Shown here: one piece after another, positions 48,740 to 51,278 of the stretch | Layout of the letters: the number at the start of each line of letters is the position of its first letter | How positions within the stretch are numbered: the stretch's first letter is position 1 | Assembly (NCBI GenBank): GCA_001938485.1 | Contig: MQRK01236832.1 | Span: forward strand, 1-51,278 | Direction of reading: 5' to 3' | Source of the DNA: Girardia tigrina | Taxonomy: Eukaryota | DNA length: 51,278 nt | Notes under the pieces: generated by a model | What the model saw: the letters and a program-made list of their open reading frames with translations, nothing else | Told to the model about the DNA's origin: nothing | The model's database searches: none | Program-made: the position numbers and the translations under genes

Positions 48740-48981
48740 CCTCTTCTACTAATCTTTATGGGAGTATTCAGTTAATCCCGTCGAATCGAGTAAAATATTA
48801 TGCCCCGAATAAGGCTCTGCGAAATTCATATCAAGTTATCAACGAAGCCGAGCAGATCTACAATCCCGAAAAGTTTCATCAGCAAACTCTATCACATAAT
48901 CTTCAAAATCCTGGAACTATTCCTAACCTATGCTCATATCAAACATTATCATTTAACTCTTTACCGCCTTATAATTCATAA
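48740..48981 (+). CDS. Terminal exon E of the protocadherin-like gene
   Basis: ttatttcag|CC TCT... reads open as (A)SSTNLYGSIQLIPSNRVKYYAPNKALRNSYQVINEAEQIYNPEKFHQQTLSHNLQNPGTIPNLCSYQTLSFNSLPPYNS*. In phase with exon D (G|CC = Ala). Confidence 0.7.
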
Positions 48982-49070
48982 ATGACTACTTTGCCATAAA
49001 AAATTCTTGAGTCATGAAAAATATGTGAATAACAATGTTAATAATTATTTTTTTATTAATGGTTTATAAA

Positions 49071-49240
49071 TCTATCTATCTATCTATCTGTCTATATATA
49101 AACGCATATTGAAACAAATAATTATTTAATATCCATTCCAGTTGTACGTAACTCGTTCATATTTGTTAAGCCAAGATTGTGTATAAATCGTTTGTTAATT
49201 TTCCAGTGCATTAGCACTACGGCGGTCTCGTTACTTCTAG
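49071..49240 (+). mobile_element. Possible short Helitron
   Basis: A|TCTATCTATC... 5' end, AGTGC-ATTA-GCACT hairpin, ends CTAG but followed by A rather than T. Confidence 0.45.
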
Positions 49241-50169
49241 AAGAGTGAATAAATGTATTTCTAATTTTTTTCTTATAAATACAAACTTTATTATAAAAGA
49301 TATTTTCCCAATTGAATGAAATTAATGGAGAAATATCATTTATTTTGAGAAAATTATTTTTATTTCAAAAATTTACATTATATTTGTGATTATTTTATTA
49401 ATAATAAAAAAATATAAATGCAAACTCTACAACTGATAATTGTGATGATAAGCACAAAATTATATTATTGTATATAAAGTCGAAATAAAATATTGAAAAT
49501 ATAATTGTTAGGAATTAAAAATATATTAAGAAAATTTTAGAAATAAGGTTAAATTAAACATGTACAAATTAAAATTTAGATATATTTAAATATGTAAAGT
49601 TTAAAAAAGAATTTTTTTAAATTAATAAGATCTAATTAAACTGTTAAGAATTAGGAATTTTTGAAATAGTCTAAAATATAATATACAAATTAAAATGTAT
49701 AATTTTTACATGTGTAACGATTTTAAAAATTAATAAAATAAACGAAAGGATTAAATATTTTAAAATGTTATCGTAATTTAAAATTGATTTGTAAAATTAA
49801 AATAAAATAAAATATTAATATTATAATTATTTTTATTTATATCAATTTAAGATTCATAAATCAAATCGTTTCTAAAAACAATAAGTTTGTTTAAATATTA
49901 GATTTAAAATTTTTTTTGTTGTGGATAATAATAAAATTATGATGTCTGAAGTAACTCTTAATACTAATCCTGAGGATGTTCCAAGAACATTTAATAATAA
50001 TAATTAACTCAAATGTTCAAGTTAATCCCGTTTCTCATGCAAAGGAACTAGATATTTAAATTTGCTGTTTCGTATAACAAATTATTTTTATTTGTACTGA
50101 GCAGTGAATTGTAAAGACTTTTTTTTAAATCTTGCCAACAATGAAGGATATTAAACAAATATATACATT

Positions 50170-50919
50170 TTTAATTGTTAAACAAAAGCCCCTAGACTGA
50201 GAATAAAATCTCATTTTTCACAAATGTCAAAATTAAATATATTTCTTGATTTTTAATCTTTTAATGTTTTACAAGAGTTCAGAATCTTATGTCAAGGGTA
50301 AATACTTGATACAAGTGTTTCATTTCAGAGGGTTTTTTAATTTCATTTTCAGCTTTGATTATTGAAAATTCTTTTTCAGTTAAATGAAATATTTCATGTT
50401 TAGGAGAAGTGATTTGAAGTGATGATAGAACGTCCAAGACATTTATATTGATTACTTTTAAATTAAGCATACAAATAATTATCGATTTTTCTAATAATTC
50501 ATCGTTATCGGTTGTGAAATTAGCGATAATTTCTAACAGTTATGAATGGCATATTTCAGCCTTTCCAAAGAGAATTTTTAGAGATTATTTTGTAACATTT
50601 TGACAACATTCTTAATCTATTTAGCGCATCGAATTACGTGAGTTATTTTCATCAAAATGTCTTTCGATTTCTTTGAATTAAAGAAATATGAAAACAAAAC
50701 CGACAATAAACACAAACTGAATTCAGAATTCGAATAATTCATCAATAATTCAAATAAATCGTCCAAGACCGTCGTCGAATAAAAGCGAAAAATATTTGAT
50801 TGTTCATATTGTTTACTTAATTCGTAAAAGAAGTTGACGGAAATAAATTTAACGTTAATTTCATTTATTTTATTAGACGCGATTGAATCACACATTTTCA
50901 AAATTGAAAATAATTTCAT
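50170..50919 (-). pseudogene. Intronless pseudogene of an unknown helical protein
   Basis: ORF pieces 50617-50919 and 50279-~50523 (LEIIANFTTDNDELLEKSIIICMLNLK...) read as one protein-like sequence broken by stops and a frameshift. Confidence 0.45.
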
Positions 50920-51166
50920 GAAAATAAAAAACGTAATCAAACAAAATTCAAAATTCGCCAATTTTTTATTTAACCTTGAAATTGGGATGAAAACAACAAA
51001 ATAACTTTTTCTCCAATCACATTATATATATTCAGAAAACAATACATTTAATTATTTAACACACAACATATGCATACATTTTCACATACATACATACACC
51101 AATTATATTTCAATTTCACATATCATTAATAAGTTATGATATCAAAACACACATTCAATGCAAATA

Positions 51167-51241
51167 CAGTCAACCCTCATTAATCCGAAAAATTAAAAAT
51201 CGAATTCCTTTCGGATTGTGAAATAATTCGGATAATGAGGG
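51167..51241 (+). mobile_element. pogo/Tigger-like element left end
   Basis: TA-CAGTCAACCCTCATTAATCCGAA with subterminal inverted copy TTCGGATAATGAGGG. Confidence 0.6.
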
Positions 51242-51278
51242 AATATAAAATCAATATTATTATTAAATAAATGATGAA

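Noticed and set aside
48800-48985. ORF-track 61-aa ORF MPRIRLCEIH...
   Set aside because: Overlapping alternative frame. The frame opening at the 48740 acceptor is longer and in phase with exon D.
49968-49995. CTGAGGA-TGTT-CCAAG-AACA hammerhead-like string
   Set aside because: Lacks the GAAA box and has no PLE context.

Overview
Very AT-rich eukaryotic genomic DNA with six N-gaps, most likely a planarian (Girardia/Dugesia tigrina-like). The mariner at 44906-46036 begins MEISEIRILMKYEFHRGATTRQA and ends QCVDNMGGYFD*, which I recognise from memory as Dtmar1; no search was run. Most of the window is decayed transposons: Tc1, several mariner subfamilies, rosa/DD41D, maT/DD37D, piggyBac remnants and MITEs, non-autonomous Helitrons, RTE/CR1-like LINE and LTR-gag scraps, and about nine Penelope-like element (PLE) fragments. 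Four PLE 3' ends carry a minimal hammerhead ribozyme motif. Much of this lies in the long introns of a + strand host gene that the ORF track misses. Exons 31664-31695, 33757-33883 and terminal 48740-48981 splice in phase and encode a protocadherin-like cytoplasmic tail (EMDGESADSGKGTSD); further small upstream exons are candidates. Also present are GC-rich kelch-repeat gene fragments (18090-19065), an unexplained GC-rich island (~31280-31585), possible nested minus-strand exons and a terminal pseudogene. I found no intact autonomous element and no clear-cut novel multi-gene system. The best leads are the PLE hammerhead variant, the small-exon chain and the Helitrons with shared 5' but different 3' ends. 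Boundaries of degenerate elements are approximate.
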